A stretch of 64,000 nucleotides of DNA from Lingula anatina. Taxonomy: Eukaryota > Animalia > Brachiopoda. Shown piece by piece: positions 13,250 to 25,263 of the stretch (position 1 is its first letter; every line of letters begins with the position of its first letter). The stretch lies in NCBI GenBank assembly GCA_051362555.1, contig CM120647.1, positions 12,438,651 through 12,502,650 on the forward strand. Reading direction: 5' to 3'. The notes under the pieces were generated by a model that was given only the letters and a program-made list of their open reading frames with translations, made no database searches and was not told the origin of the DNA. The position numbers were made by a program, and so were the translations under genes.

Positions 13250-13949
13250 TTTGTCACTTGTATACCAGCCTCCTAAAGCTGAAATGAGTAAATATATAGA
13301 AGAAAGGAACACTTCAAATATTATGTCAATAAGCGAATGTTGTTTTTATTTATTTTCTTTATCTTTTATTTTTGATGCAAGGGGTCACTCCCAGTGAACA
13401 ATTAACTTTTTATGTCAGAAATTAGTAATTGACCTTCCTTCTAATATAAGTCTCACAGTTGTTCCTTATATAAAACATTAATCCAAGTTCTTGTCTATAC
13501 CTGACAGGGCAGTGGACAAGGGATAATAACAATTTTTTTCATTGATCAATACAAACACATAACAAAATGGACCTGATCACCATACAATCGTAAATATAGA
13601 TTGCTGGAAGGGAATCTATTGAGTGCAGATTTGGGTGAGTGCACAAACCAAAGGAAATGTTTCTCAGTACTTAGAAATAAAACAATCTAACTTCAGGCCC
13701 TCAAGTTTCAGTGACTGGACTTGAAGTAAACACACATTATTTTCGTCTTTTCTTTTATCATCCTTCAGGTAAACCTTGCCTCACCTTTACCCCTTATTCG
13801 ATTGCAATCCCCAGTCTTGATACTACAATGTACTGCACTCCTTGTGAAGTTCCATGGAAGTATTTGAGAGAAACTTCTGACTGCAGTTACTTGCCAGAGT
13901 TCCGTCTGGTTCAGGACGTGATACGGAGCAAATAAAATGTTATCTTATT

Positions 13950-14120
13950 TACAAAGTTAAATATACAAAATCCTTGTAGTAACATCATCATACGATATGA
14001 AAATTTCCACTAAGATGTAATTTGAAAAAAAAATCTCCTTAAAATCTTTATTTAACAAATATTCCCAGCTGAATTTCGTCTGCGGTCTATTACATCCGGG
14101 CAATTATACGACTTTCAACA
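13950..14120. promoter_or_regulatory. Putative bidirectional promoter shared by the ANK-SAM gene and SMNDC1
   Basis: The ATGs diverge and are only 872 nt apart (13249 and 14121). There is a local CpG rise and an ETS-type ACATCCGG at 14092-14099. The ANK gene has an acceptor at 13279-13281 upstream of its ATG, which implies a non-coding first exon further right (candidate donor near 13784). Confidence 0.55.
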
Positions 14121-14521
14121 ATGGCCGAGGACTTACAAGAAAGTTTGACGAATTATAAATTGCAATTACAACAGGTAAGAAGTAAAAAATCAAACAGATA
14201 ATTCGTGTCATTAAACGCTTAGTGTTTCAAGTATATTTAAGGCGTGCCTGTGATTTACATGAGCGACGAAAACTAAAGAATCTACCATAACATTAGTCGG
14301 TGTCAAGACAAATTCGCCGACTCGACACAACACTCAGCTAGTGCGACTGGAGTCCGCTGCACCTGTGTAGTATTTTTAAGATGAGCGATACGTAAAGTGT
14401 ACAGAAAACAATTCTGTATTGGTTGTTTTCATTTACTTTCTGATGTGCACTTCGTAACGTCATATCAAAAGGACCACAAGCGCGTGCGCACACGCACACA
14501 CCTCTACGAACACGCGCGCTC

Positions 14522-14567
<46 letters not shown>

Positions 14568-17500
14568 TGTTGCCCATATTACCGCAGTGATGATATTTAT
14601 TGAATTACAAACATTTTATCTTTATCTTCAGGTGGAAGCTGCTCTCACAACAGATCCCAGTAATGCTGACCTAAATAAACTCAAGGTAGATTTACAGGTA
14701 AGTGAATAGACAATGACAGAGATGTATAACAAAAACCTGTCTATATTAGGCGTGAAGATGTAATCTGTAGATAATAAAATTTATTAAAAGCAGTGACTAT
14801 AGTAATACTTTTCATAAATGGTTGTAACTTTGAAAAATCCAATTTATAGTTACTAGTGTGACATAGAATCAGGCAGTCCTTTATAAATTTGTAACTTGAT
14901 ATTTTATCCAAATAATTGTCAGAATTTTTTGTACCCCTATCAGAGACTATTTTTACTAAATTAAAACATAAAACTTGACTTCCAAACTTTCCAGGAGGTG
15001 ATAAATTTAACAGTAGACCTGATAAAGAACCAGGCAGGTGCTGTAGCTACTGCTGTCGTCGCTGCTGCTACATCTACTGATGACAATGAAACCTCTACAG
15101 CAACACACAGCTGGAATGTTGGAGACAAGTGCTCTGCTATATACTCAGAGGATGGCATGTAAGTGCAGACATGCTGAAAACTTTTCAGAATGGCCAGACA
15201 TTTGGACCGGTAGTAATGAAAAATTTGCCAGACTGAATGGATTTTTGTCGGACCGAAAATCACCCTGTTCATTTGAGACAGATACTACCAGTACGATTAG
15301 GTAGCTTACTTTGTTTGTGAATGTGATAGGTTTGAAATGGAAGAGAAAAAACGGTTTTGGTTTTATATAATTTTATTAGTGCAGTATGTCGAATGATGAC
15401 TGTAAATTCAAAATTGCGGTTCTTAAAACTCTTGTCAGTCCTTTGGGCTGACCAAGTCCAATTTTTTACCGGTCCAGACAAATTTTCTCGGTCATGACCT
15501 ATCAGACCGACAGTTTCAGCATGTTTCTAGTGTATAGTGACAGAACTGAAAGTGTGCAGTATTGGTTTATACAGATGCTTTGCCATATATGGATTGTAAG
15601 TGTAAATGGGAAGAACTATATAAATGTTTTATAACAGTATGGTTGTAGCAAATGCTCTAGATACCTCATATTTGGAGGCTGGATTGAAAATGTAAAATAT
15701 GACAGTTCCTAATGTTTCATGACTGTGTTCTGTTATATTTTTGATACTGCTCTCCTCACTAGTATTGGATGATTTTACCATATGTGTTAGTTGATAATAA
15801 AAATCGGAATATTTTCAGAAATTATAATTATTTGAATCATGAGTTTAAAACTTTAATATTACATGAATATATGCACTCATTTATGATGCATTAGAATGAA
15901 TAAATAAATAAATAAATAAATAGTAGCTCATGATATTGATGAAATTGATCAATGCTCCGTGTTCTGTTTTGTTTTTAGGTATTATGATGCAGTTATAGAT
16001 GAGGTGTTGGAAGATGGTTCTTGTACTGTGACATTTGAAAGCTATGGTAACACAGATCTAACTCAGGTAGTGCTCTCAGTAATATGGTGAATTGAGAGAT
16101 GTATGAAATGATAGCTAGCGATGTGTGAAAACAAAAAAAAATACTCTAACTTAAAAGATTTTTTTCACAAAAAAACTGTGATGAATTTTGATATTTAAAT
16201 ACTATATTGAGTGTAGCATTTAGCTATAAATTGATCTGTTGATAAAGATCATTCATTTGATGGTAATACAAATAACAGAGATCAGCTTTGGTTGTAATCA
16301 GTTCTACTGCCTGATCTTTTATCAGCTCTGATATTTGTTCTCTAGGTATCGTTACTCAAACCGCGGGATTCCAGCCTGAAGCGTGCGGCCGGCGAAGAGG
16401 CCGAGGGTAGCGGAGGGAAGATGAAAAGGTGAGGTGGTGCCATCTAGTGGCGGTTTCCCAACAACCCCTTCTGAAACCATAAAATTTTCCATAAAAACAG
16501 ATTGAATTAAAGTCTTTCACTCATATTTAAAAAAAAAAAAAACATCTCAATCATTTCTTAATGTGTATTTTATGTGTTTAGCGTTATAGCCTAGACTGAG
16601 AAGGAAATTCTACCAAATCATGGTAAATATGGGATGGCTCTTGGTTGTAAAACTCGTTCTTTGGTCTTATCCTTGATGTTTCTTAAGCATTGTTTCTTGT
16701 CATATTTGCATACAATGAAAATATAAAATATTACGTAAGCTTACTAGTAATACACCAGCACTGATTACCCCTCAGTCATTGAAAGTGATGAACCAAAAAT
16801 GAAAATTTTAGTTTAGAATTACACTAAAAATTGTCTAAATTGTGACACCTGATTCCTGATTGGACCCCTGATTTTTTAACTGCTTAACTAACCTGTATCC
16901 AGAGGTCAGTTGTTATCCTGTTTATTGACCATTTCAAACAGGTGAGGTATTTTATATTGTTTTTCATTAAAAATGATTATAACTTGCTTAATGTATGACA
17001 CATAAACTTGTTTTCACTCTCCTTTGTTGAGGGTTTAAAAGATTTCGTGAATTTCACTTTTTTAATTTAGAAGTCAGAAAAATGAGTTGATAAAAAGCAT
17101 TTGAGCATTTTAAACAGTATCTCCAATGAAAATCGTAGAACAACACTCTTAAACGAAAGTACATGCACAGACAAAGTTTTTCATAACTCACAGCACAGAG
17201 TTCACAAAACAAGAAAACAACACGCTGCTAGTTGCGTAGTTCATGGTAAAGGGCACATAGGTCTGGTTTTACAGCTGCCAACATCGTGAGTGTGTGAAAC
17301 TGACACCAGGTGGCTCTCTCAGCTGGGTGCTAGGCGAGGTAAGGACAAGACGAGCCCATGGTGGTGAGGTATTGATAACGGACCAAAATTGGTGGGACTT
17401 TTTTCCCCCCTTAAGTTTAGTTTCTGGAGGGAATTTGTTCTGTGCAATTAGTTTTGCTAATATTTATAACATTACATGTTTGTAAATTGGCAATAAGTTT

Positions 17501-18687
17501 TTCCATTATTTTCACATTTATGCATATAAATTGAATATCCTGATATCGGGCTACATATTTTATAATTGCAAAATAGTTGTATTTGTACAGTTTCAACTTC
17601 CAGTATTTTTTACTTGAAGGATTGAAGTGATAAGATTTGATCATGTAACAAGGGGGTAGTGGAATAAAACGACGATAATATCTATCACAAATTATGACGC
17701 GACTAGGTACAGATAAATAGGTATACACCAAGAACTACATTAACGACAAAACATACCCGTACTTACAAGATGACCATTTTATTTACAAGTTTGTCCAACC
17801 GAAACATTGTTGGAAAATTTTATGAGATTTTTTTTTTTTTTTATGGAAACATTTGATTAACAAGCCATCTCTCTTGGTCAGTACAGTAAACTTCACAATT
17901 ACACTTTTACACTTCTAATGTTTTTCATATTCTGTACAATAAATATGATACTTGTACTTTCAGGAAAGATAAGCTGGCAGCCGAGAGGGAATACAAGAAG
18001 AAAAAGAACGAAAAGAAAAGACAGAGACAGAAGCAGCAGGAAGAGGAAAGGGAAGACGAGAAAAAGAAATGGCAGTCCTTTAATGCCAAGGTTGGTATTG
18101 TCATTGAATTGTTGGAGTATTGACAGAAAGACTGTTACAGTATTGTTATTGTATCTCCTTATTTAATTTCTTCAAAGAGGGGAGACTTTTTTTTAAAGGA
18201 AGGGAAAAGGGATTATAAACTTTATTCACTGTTTTCTTAACATATTTTCATTAAAGGAGAATGTAAAACATTTTTTCATCGAAGGGGAGGGATTCCAAAC
18301 CTGATATAAACTCACATGTACAATTGAAATATAAATTAAATGTCTGAGAGAAATTACTTTGTTTAAAAATAATAAAACATAAATATGTTTAAAAATAGTG
18401 CTCATTAATGACTTTTGACTCAAACATTAGTACCGACTTTGTTTTTAGCTTTACTGTCTAGAGCTAAATTAGTGCTGGATTAAACAAAAAAAAATTTTAG
18501 AATGTTCTTTCAATATCTTTAACTTTCTCTTTTTATTTTCCAGAATAAGAGGGTAGGTTTTAACAAGAAGAGCATTTTTGCCACTCCGGAGGCTCCAACT
18601 GGGAAAGTCGGCGTTGGAACTTGTGGCATCGGCGGCAGACCTATGACAAACTATCACCAGAACGAGAAGTGGAAGAAGGGTCTCTGA
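14121..18687 (+). CDS. SMNDC1: Survival of motor neuron-related splicing factor 30 (SPF30/SMNDC1), 241 aa, 7 exons
   Basis: Exons 14121-14174, 14632-14697, 14995-15158, 15979-16066, 16346-16428, 17964-18090, 18544-18687 join in frame (726 nt). The protein has MAEDLQESLTNYKLQLQQVEAALTTDP..., a Tudor domain (WNVGDKCSAIYSEDGMYYDAVIDEV...CTVTFESYGN), a Lys-rich coil ending EKKKWQSFN, and the diagnostic tail KKSIFATPEAPTGKVGVGTCGIGGRPMT. Confidence 0.96.
15166..15527. mobile_element. Degenerate TIR element in SMNDC1 intron 3
   Basis: Termini acatgctgaaaact / agtttcagcatgt, with subterminal ggaccgg/ccggtcc motifs. Starts 7 nt after the donor. Confidence 0.5.
16436..16454 (-). promoter_or_regulatory. 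CTCF consensus-like site
   Basis: The reverse complement reads CCGCCACTAGATGGCAC, matching the CTCF core CCACYAGRKGGCR. It lies 7 nt after the SMNDC1 exon 5 donor. Confidence 0.5.
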
Positions 18688-19990
18688 GACAAACAATCCT
18701 CAATCTGAGTTCTTAAAAAGGAAAAGATCTTTTGTTGTCCTTATTATTACTGTAGACTTCATATCTGCAGTGTAAGGTGGGAAAAAAAAACTTAAGACAC
18801 CTGCACTTGTCAAAAAGAGTTCTGAATCCATGAAACAAGAAATTATAAATGTTTATACAATCTGCCAACAACTGGAGATGGACAGCTGTAGAAAGAACCC
18901 TAGACTTGTACGTGTGGACTTGCATGTTATAAAAGAGATGATGTGGATTCAACTTCTCCAACTCTGACTGGGTTGTCAATGGTGAATGTTGGGTGGGAGA
19001 GCTTTAAGATGTGAACACGTTGAACTAAGTTTATAAAGAAGGAAAATGTATGCTGATTTCTCACATCACTCGTTGCAGAAACCTGACTGCATAATTAGCA
19101 TTGAGAAGTGGTATTGAGTATAAATTCTAATTTTTTTTTTTTTTTTAGAAGTAAGGAACTGTTTTTTTTATTCACATTTCATGATTGGAATACACAATTG
19201 TGAAAAAAGAAGTTTTAACACACGTTAACAGTGTTAAAAGCCAGATGTAATGAATCATTTTGAAATAGTTTTTATTTATTTATTTTTGTACTAATTCTAC
19301 AGGCCTTTGCTTTTTTATCGCAAAATTCTCATTTGACAAACATATGTATGAAGTGAATACATTACAAAATCACAAAAGAAGCTGATGCTGATTTGTTTTA
19401 GTTTAAGTGTCAAACGTATATTCTAGATATATCTAGATAAATCAGTCTGCTTGTAGTTGGAATAGTTGTGTGCCCCGACAAGAACGTAAAACATAACGCT
19501 AGGTGGCTTGTGGTGCCAAGACGAACTATGGGGCAATCCCCTATCTATAAGTGCAAACTTGAGGTGCGGTGTAGTGCAAGGCCGCATATAATCCAACCCT
19601 GTTGACTTGATAAGATATACAAACCTTGCAACAGGGGAGGTGCACTTTTACATGTTAGTGAAGGTACATAGTGAAGGTCATTTCTATCAAGGTCATTGAT
19701 ACAGTGGAACTCTGAACTTGTGTTGCACCGAGTTGACATTGTTGATACAGTTGATAAAGACTGAATAAGAATTTTAACCTGCTAGAACTTTATGAGTAAC
19801 CCCTAAACAGATCTTAATACAGTTGCAAGCGTTTTTAAAACTAGCCACACATCGTTTCTGTGAAACAAAGCTGTGTATATTGTTTTGTGAACAAAAAAAA
19901 AAAAAATCACATGAAATAATGCCGATGATAACTAACAATTCCTTCCACGTGAGACATTTTTTATGTTGGAATATTTATATTTTTTAATAC

Positions 19991-19996
19991 ATTAAA
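19991..19996 (+). terminator. Candidate polyadenylation signal (ATTAAA) of SMNDC1
   Basis: ATTAAA followed ~20 nt later by a GT-rich tract (tgttctgttattgtttg). Confidence 0.4.
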
Positions 19997-22080
19997 AAAA
20001 TTGAATACGACCAGATGTTCTGTTATTGTTTGCTACCGTACGCCGCGAAGTAAGATTTTATATATATATATATATATATTTTTTTTTTTTTGGGGGGGGG
20101 GGGTTGTCACAATGGGTCTTTCAAAGTTATGCGAATTTCATAATTAAGCCATTATACGACTAAATTCGCTGTCTTCAAAATTCATTTTTTTCCAATGGGG
20201 TATAGATATGAGGAATGGTGGCCAGAGAAATAATTAAATCGATTTAGATGTTGATTTCACAACGGCGCAACCAGTACGAGCTCGAGGGGAGGGGTGTAAT
20301 ACGTACCCCGCAGCCCCCCGCCCCCCAAAAAAAAGCAATATATAACTTGAGAAACGAGGGGAAAAACAATTTCCAGTCCATATGCCCCGTCTGCCTAACG
20401 AAGCGTGGTGAATGGAGGTATTTAATCTCGCGCTGCCCACAACCCTAATAGACAAAACTTGTTTCAACCAGTTTTCTTGTAGTTTCAAACGGACAGCTTT
20501 TATTTTACCTTGAATACATAAACACTGAAACCCTGCTTTGACCTCTAAGTATTTTGGCCTTTTTTTATTAAAATCCAAATTGATTTCCCCCAACCGTCCC
20601 GCCCCACCCCCCCCTCCCCCCCACCCCCATTCCAAATTCATGATATCGGTTTTCAAGTACTTCGCTCTTCATGCTCACTGCCACTGGCCTTTATTCTAAA
20701 CCACCACATGCTGGCTGGTGTGATAAAACATAGCCTTAAATCTGTGCCACACTCGTGAATGGATCCAAACAGCACAGCTTAGCTTGATCCACGTAAGCAT
20801 TGCTTTCGATAAATGAAGTGATATCTACTCTATCTAAACCGGATACATCTCGCCTCTGAGATGGTAGATTAAATAAATAAGTTATCTCTGTGTTGAAAAC
20901 GTAAATATACATAGAATCTGAATCGTGTGACAGCACTGTAGCCTGAGAGAGCAATACACGAGTAACGGAGGACTGACAACGCCACGTGGCAACAACCCTC
21001 ATTGAGGTTCGTGTACATTTCGGTAAGTAACCCGCTCTCTTACCTCCACACCCCCACCCCCTCTCCCACCCCCGCCATTCCTCTTGTCTTACCCAGTGCG
21101 TACCAGAATGGGATGATCACAGTGAATCTCTTGTAGGCCCCTATAGCCTATTATATAGGCCTGCTGCTGTCCCGACCAGCTATCACCCTGAGTATTAGAC
21201 CTATAGCATTTTGCGCTGACTAGTTGTCCCGGTGTTCATAATACATGGTGTAGTTAGTACACGTTCCCTGCTATCACCCTGAGTATGAAGTATACAAGCT
21301 GACTGCACTGACCTCTATCTTCACACTGAATACCACATTGCTCGCGCTGACAATCAGGGTAACATCGACAGTTGTATATACATTATTGATGAAGTTAGGC
21401 TTCATCTGAAAAGTACATCTTGTCATGGAGCAAAAGTTATTTCGACGGAAATGTTTTGAATTTGACAGCTCATGTCTTTATCGCCTCTGTGGTAAGGCCC
21501 AATGCCCCATTTTTCAACATTAAATGTGTTTTTTCCGCATGATCTTAACACGGGTTACGTGTACTACAAGAATACCAGTTCTACCTTCTTAACCTGATTC
21601 ACCTCCTGGGTCCATGGGTATTCTGAATTAATTAATGAGTGGCAGTCGTTGAACGCAGCATGATCAGAATGTAACACAAGTAACGACAAAGAGACCCAAA
21701 TGGGCTATCAAACTCGGAAGCAGTGGGTCGGGGGGGGGGGGGGGCGAATAACCAAAATTATCAGGCGAACATTGTCCTTGTCAGGAAACGAGTGACTAAA
21801 TGCCAGTGCAATCGATATTTATAGCTGTAGCTGCATAGTGACTGCATGTAGACGTAAGTTTGAACAATGCGAGTGATTTCGTTTTAAATACAAAAGCTTT
21901 ACTGAACATATATGAATGCACATGCATCAGAGAGACTTGTTGATGAATTTTGCGGTTGCGGTTGTCACTTAAACAACTAATAAAATTCAATGACGTGGCT
22001 CTGGGCGGAAATACTTTGGGACCATAAAGAACTGACGTATTAATGATAAAAACACCGATGTCCATACTGATTTTTATTCC

Positions 22081-22124
<44 letters not shown>

Positions 22125-22410
22125 TTATTTTGTGGTTGCCGTGCATCATTCTGAGTAGAGCCATTTCCATTCATCCTGTACTCAGAACTCCAGCATATTT
22201 GCTTTTAATTAAAATCAAACAAGTTAGGTTTAACAGATCTGAAGTTTCCCATTGTCAAATTTCCGTGGCTGTGCACTTTGTTAAAGTTACAATAATATAA
22301 GTTCATTTATGCGTTTACATTCACGTAGTTTACTAATGGTTTGCACGTCAGCAGATATACGTTAGTGGTAGACAGGTGGGTCACTACTGGTACTTAACAG
22401 TTGAGGTGAA

Positions 22411-23630
22411 GGCGTTGTCACACCTAGCGTAAAGAGGTACGTATCAGTGCATGTATTGTAAGGGACGCGAGTGATATTTTAAGTTGGTTATTAACAAGTG
22501 ACATTTTAAAAGTATTTGTAACGTAGAGACGGGGATAAATAGGACTGGTGGTGGGTAGAAGAGGAAAGACACTAAGGGAGCGGGCAAAAAACTGAAGAAT
22601 AAATTAAAACTCTTGTTGTTTTTTTCTTCTCGATTGGCAAACCGAATATTGAACCTTACAGTACGTGATAGCTATTATACGCATAACTTTGAGCGTATGA
22701 TATCACTATTTTTCCTGTATGCGAGAAAGAACGAAAGAGCAGCTTAAAAATAGTGTTTGATTATCGTACCTGAGCGTTTGGGTTCTGTATGTGTGCGTGT
22801 GAGTAACGTACATGAGCACGAGGTCCGATTTTCATACCCTAATTATGCGTTAGGTAAATGTAAACTACGTTCGGTATACGCTCGTATACGCAAAGGATAT
22901 AAGTTCATGTAACCCAGACGCGTTAACAAAAGATACGTTCCACACGATACAAACTTGTTAGTATTACGCTGCCTATACGCTTTTGATGCGCTGCCTACAT
23001 GAACCGACCATCCCATAGTTGTTTACCTAAATTATGGTATGCTATTCGCACGCACGTAAACGCTGAAAATTTTGAGCATGTTCAAAAATTTATACCTGCT
23101 TCTGCGTACGACAAAACGCACACCATTGTTTGTCTGCATACTAGAAAAGTAGGCCTTTACGACGGAATTCCAACGAACCCATTACGCTTGTCCACGTATG
23201 AGCAGTCTATTTCTTACGTTAATGCTATTTTTTATACGTTTAGGCAAAGTTTAGTGTATACATTGGCTTTTATGCGTAATACAGTTCATTATCGGCATGA
23301 ACAGCATTTAAATACGGTTCATTTTTGGGTCAAATCATATCGTCTTGACATGGGACTGCACCTGCTTCGGAATTGATGCAGTGCTTCTCTGTGGTATAAG
23401 CTCGCATCATTTCGTCTTCCCGCAGCTGGGAGCGTTGTTCCCAATAACCGTACGTGTGTCATACTCGTACGGGTATGAGAAACGCACTGTAACGTACATC
23501 ATTTCAGCGTTTAAGGCGCTTCCCTAGCGTATGAGCAACGTATGGGTCACACGCTCGGTGAAAATTTCTGAACGCACATCAGCGTCTACCTGCATACGTG
23601 AAACGTACACGACGTAGGTCTGACAAAGCA
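22411..23630. mobile_element. ~1.2-kb non-autonomous TIR element, PIF/Harbinger-like
   Basis: Termini ggcgttgtcacacctagcgt / acgtaggtctgacaaagc. The body is CpG- and TACG-rich and includes the motif ttgagcatgttcaaaaa. No transposase ORF. Confidence 0.55.
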
Positions 23631-24359
23631 AGTTTCCTTTTGTCTGCGTGTGTATGTGTGCGCGCGCGCGCCCGTGTGTGTGTGGGTGAGAGAGAGAGAG
23701 AGGTGTTTGTAGGGAGAGTGTTTTTCAGAATCGTTCAGGCAAAGCCATGCCAGCGTAGGAAGCTGTAGAGGGAATGAGGCGCTTTTATTCAGTTTTTCTC
23801 GCCTTATATACAATATTAATTATACCTATAGATGTGCGATCCCCAAACATTGTCTCGACACTTGAATGCACTACTGAGTGCCCATCGCCAAAATGCACCC
23901 TTCTTGACTTTCTAAAATGCATTTTCCGTCTTCAACACAAACTGTGCACGTTTAATATTATTGATGCCCTTTGATTAAACAGTAGGAGGAGTATGAATCC
24001 CTCACCTTCTTGACAGTGTACATGAGCGAATGGCAGTAAGTGCATAGAGCAGGCGAGTTATATATACAATAATACTAGGGATAACTTTTGTGTACGTTTG
24101 TGCGGCTTTTACTTGTGGATTCTTGTAAACATTTGTGTTGCCACGTTGTCTAACAGAAAACAAACTATTACTACTACAAATCAGACTAATCTGCATTGCT
24201 TCTGAGTTGAAGACAATAGTGAATGTTGGACTTTCGTCTCATAAAGCAGATAGGCACCAGACTGTATTTATAATGACCCGTAAAACACGTTCAGTTCTTG
24301 GACATTTTACTAATCCTTAATCAGAGCAAAAAACATCCTTATTTAATGTTAGTAATTGA

Positions 24360-24736
24360 TAACAGAGTTGTATTTACTCCCTCGTGTAACAGCAAAAGAT
24401 AAAAACAACTTTGTCACATAAATGCCCTCTCCCCCACCACATAAATGTGACGAAGTTGTTTTTATCTACTTCTGTTTGTGTTACTACCCCGCGTAACGGC
24501 AAAAGATAAAACAACTTCGTCACAAATATATGCCCGCATCCTCCACCGTATATGTTACGAAGTTTTTCTTTTTATCTTTTGCTGTTACGTAAGGTAAATA
24601 AGTACACTGTACTATTTGTCGTTAAGCGTTTATTGATCCAACTTTGACAATGATCGCTATCTGAAACAGAAGAGTAAATTACATAAGTTTACATAAATAG
24701 TAATCCTATATGAGGGAGTAAAAAACAACTCTGTTA
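24360..24736. mobile_element. Inverted-repeat element with two internal tandem hairpins
   Basis: Outer IR taacagagttgtatttactccctc / gagggagtaaaaaacaactctgtta. It contains two internal units of caaaagataaaaacaacttcgtcaca-loop-tgtgacgaagttgtttttatc. Confidence 0.7.
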
Positions 24737-24875
24737 CAATCTTTTATATTATTTATTAACTGTTTTCTAGTTGGTTTTGGCGACGCTTTCTTTCCATATC
24801 TGTCTCTACCTCTTTCAATCTCTAGAGGCCTTCTCCTCGTTTACATAATTACTTGCGGTTATATAAGTATCATAA

Positions 24876-25114
24876 AGCCTAGGTCCCAACTACGTTTTGG
24901 ACGCACGGTTTTTAGGTTCCTTGCGTCCGACTAGGACGTAGCTAGATCGCACATCGCGACTATTGATCATGTCAAAAAGTTTCTACGTGCTGTTTGCGTC
25001 CTCCCCAAAGTCGCACGATGGACGTGCTCCTCACGCACGAACTCCCACGTTTTCCCCATTTTTTTGGCCGTAGACCACACGTAGCAGCCCGTACGTTCGG
25101 TTAGGACCTAGGCT
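24876..25114. mobile_element. Harbinger-like MITE 150 nt upstream of the SLC5 start codon
   Basis: TIR agcctaggtcccaac / gttaggacctaggct, flanked by taa/tac. The central gatcatgtcaaaaagttt motif resembles the one in the 22411 element. Confidence 0.75.
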
Positions 25115-25263
25115 TACGAGCATGTCAATCAACTCAGTTACTCTACAAAGCACTCCCCGCTCCTTATTTATTCGCTCGTGGCTGTCAATTACTGACATTA
25201 CACTTAAAATTTCTATTTCAGTCATTAGATATTTATCGCTTCCACGCGTAGTCAGGGCAAGCA

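Noticed and set aside
16784-16855. C/D box snoRNA-like TGATGA…CTGA in an SMNDC1 intron
   Set aside because: Only a 3-bp terminal stem, very AT-rich, and no recognisable rRNA/snRNA guide.
22999-23376. 125-aa ORF within the TIR element
   Set aside because: No transposase or other recognisable motif.
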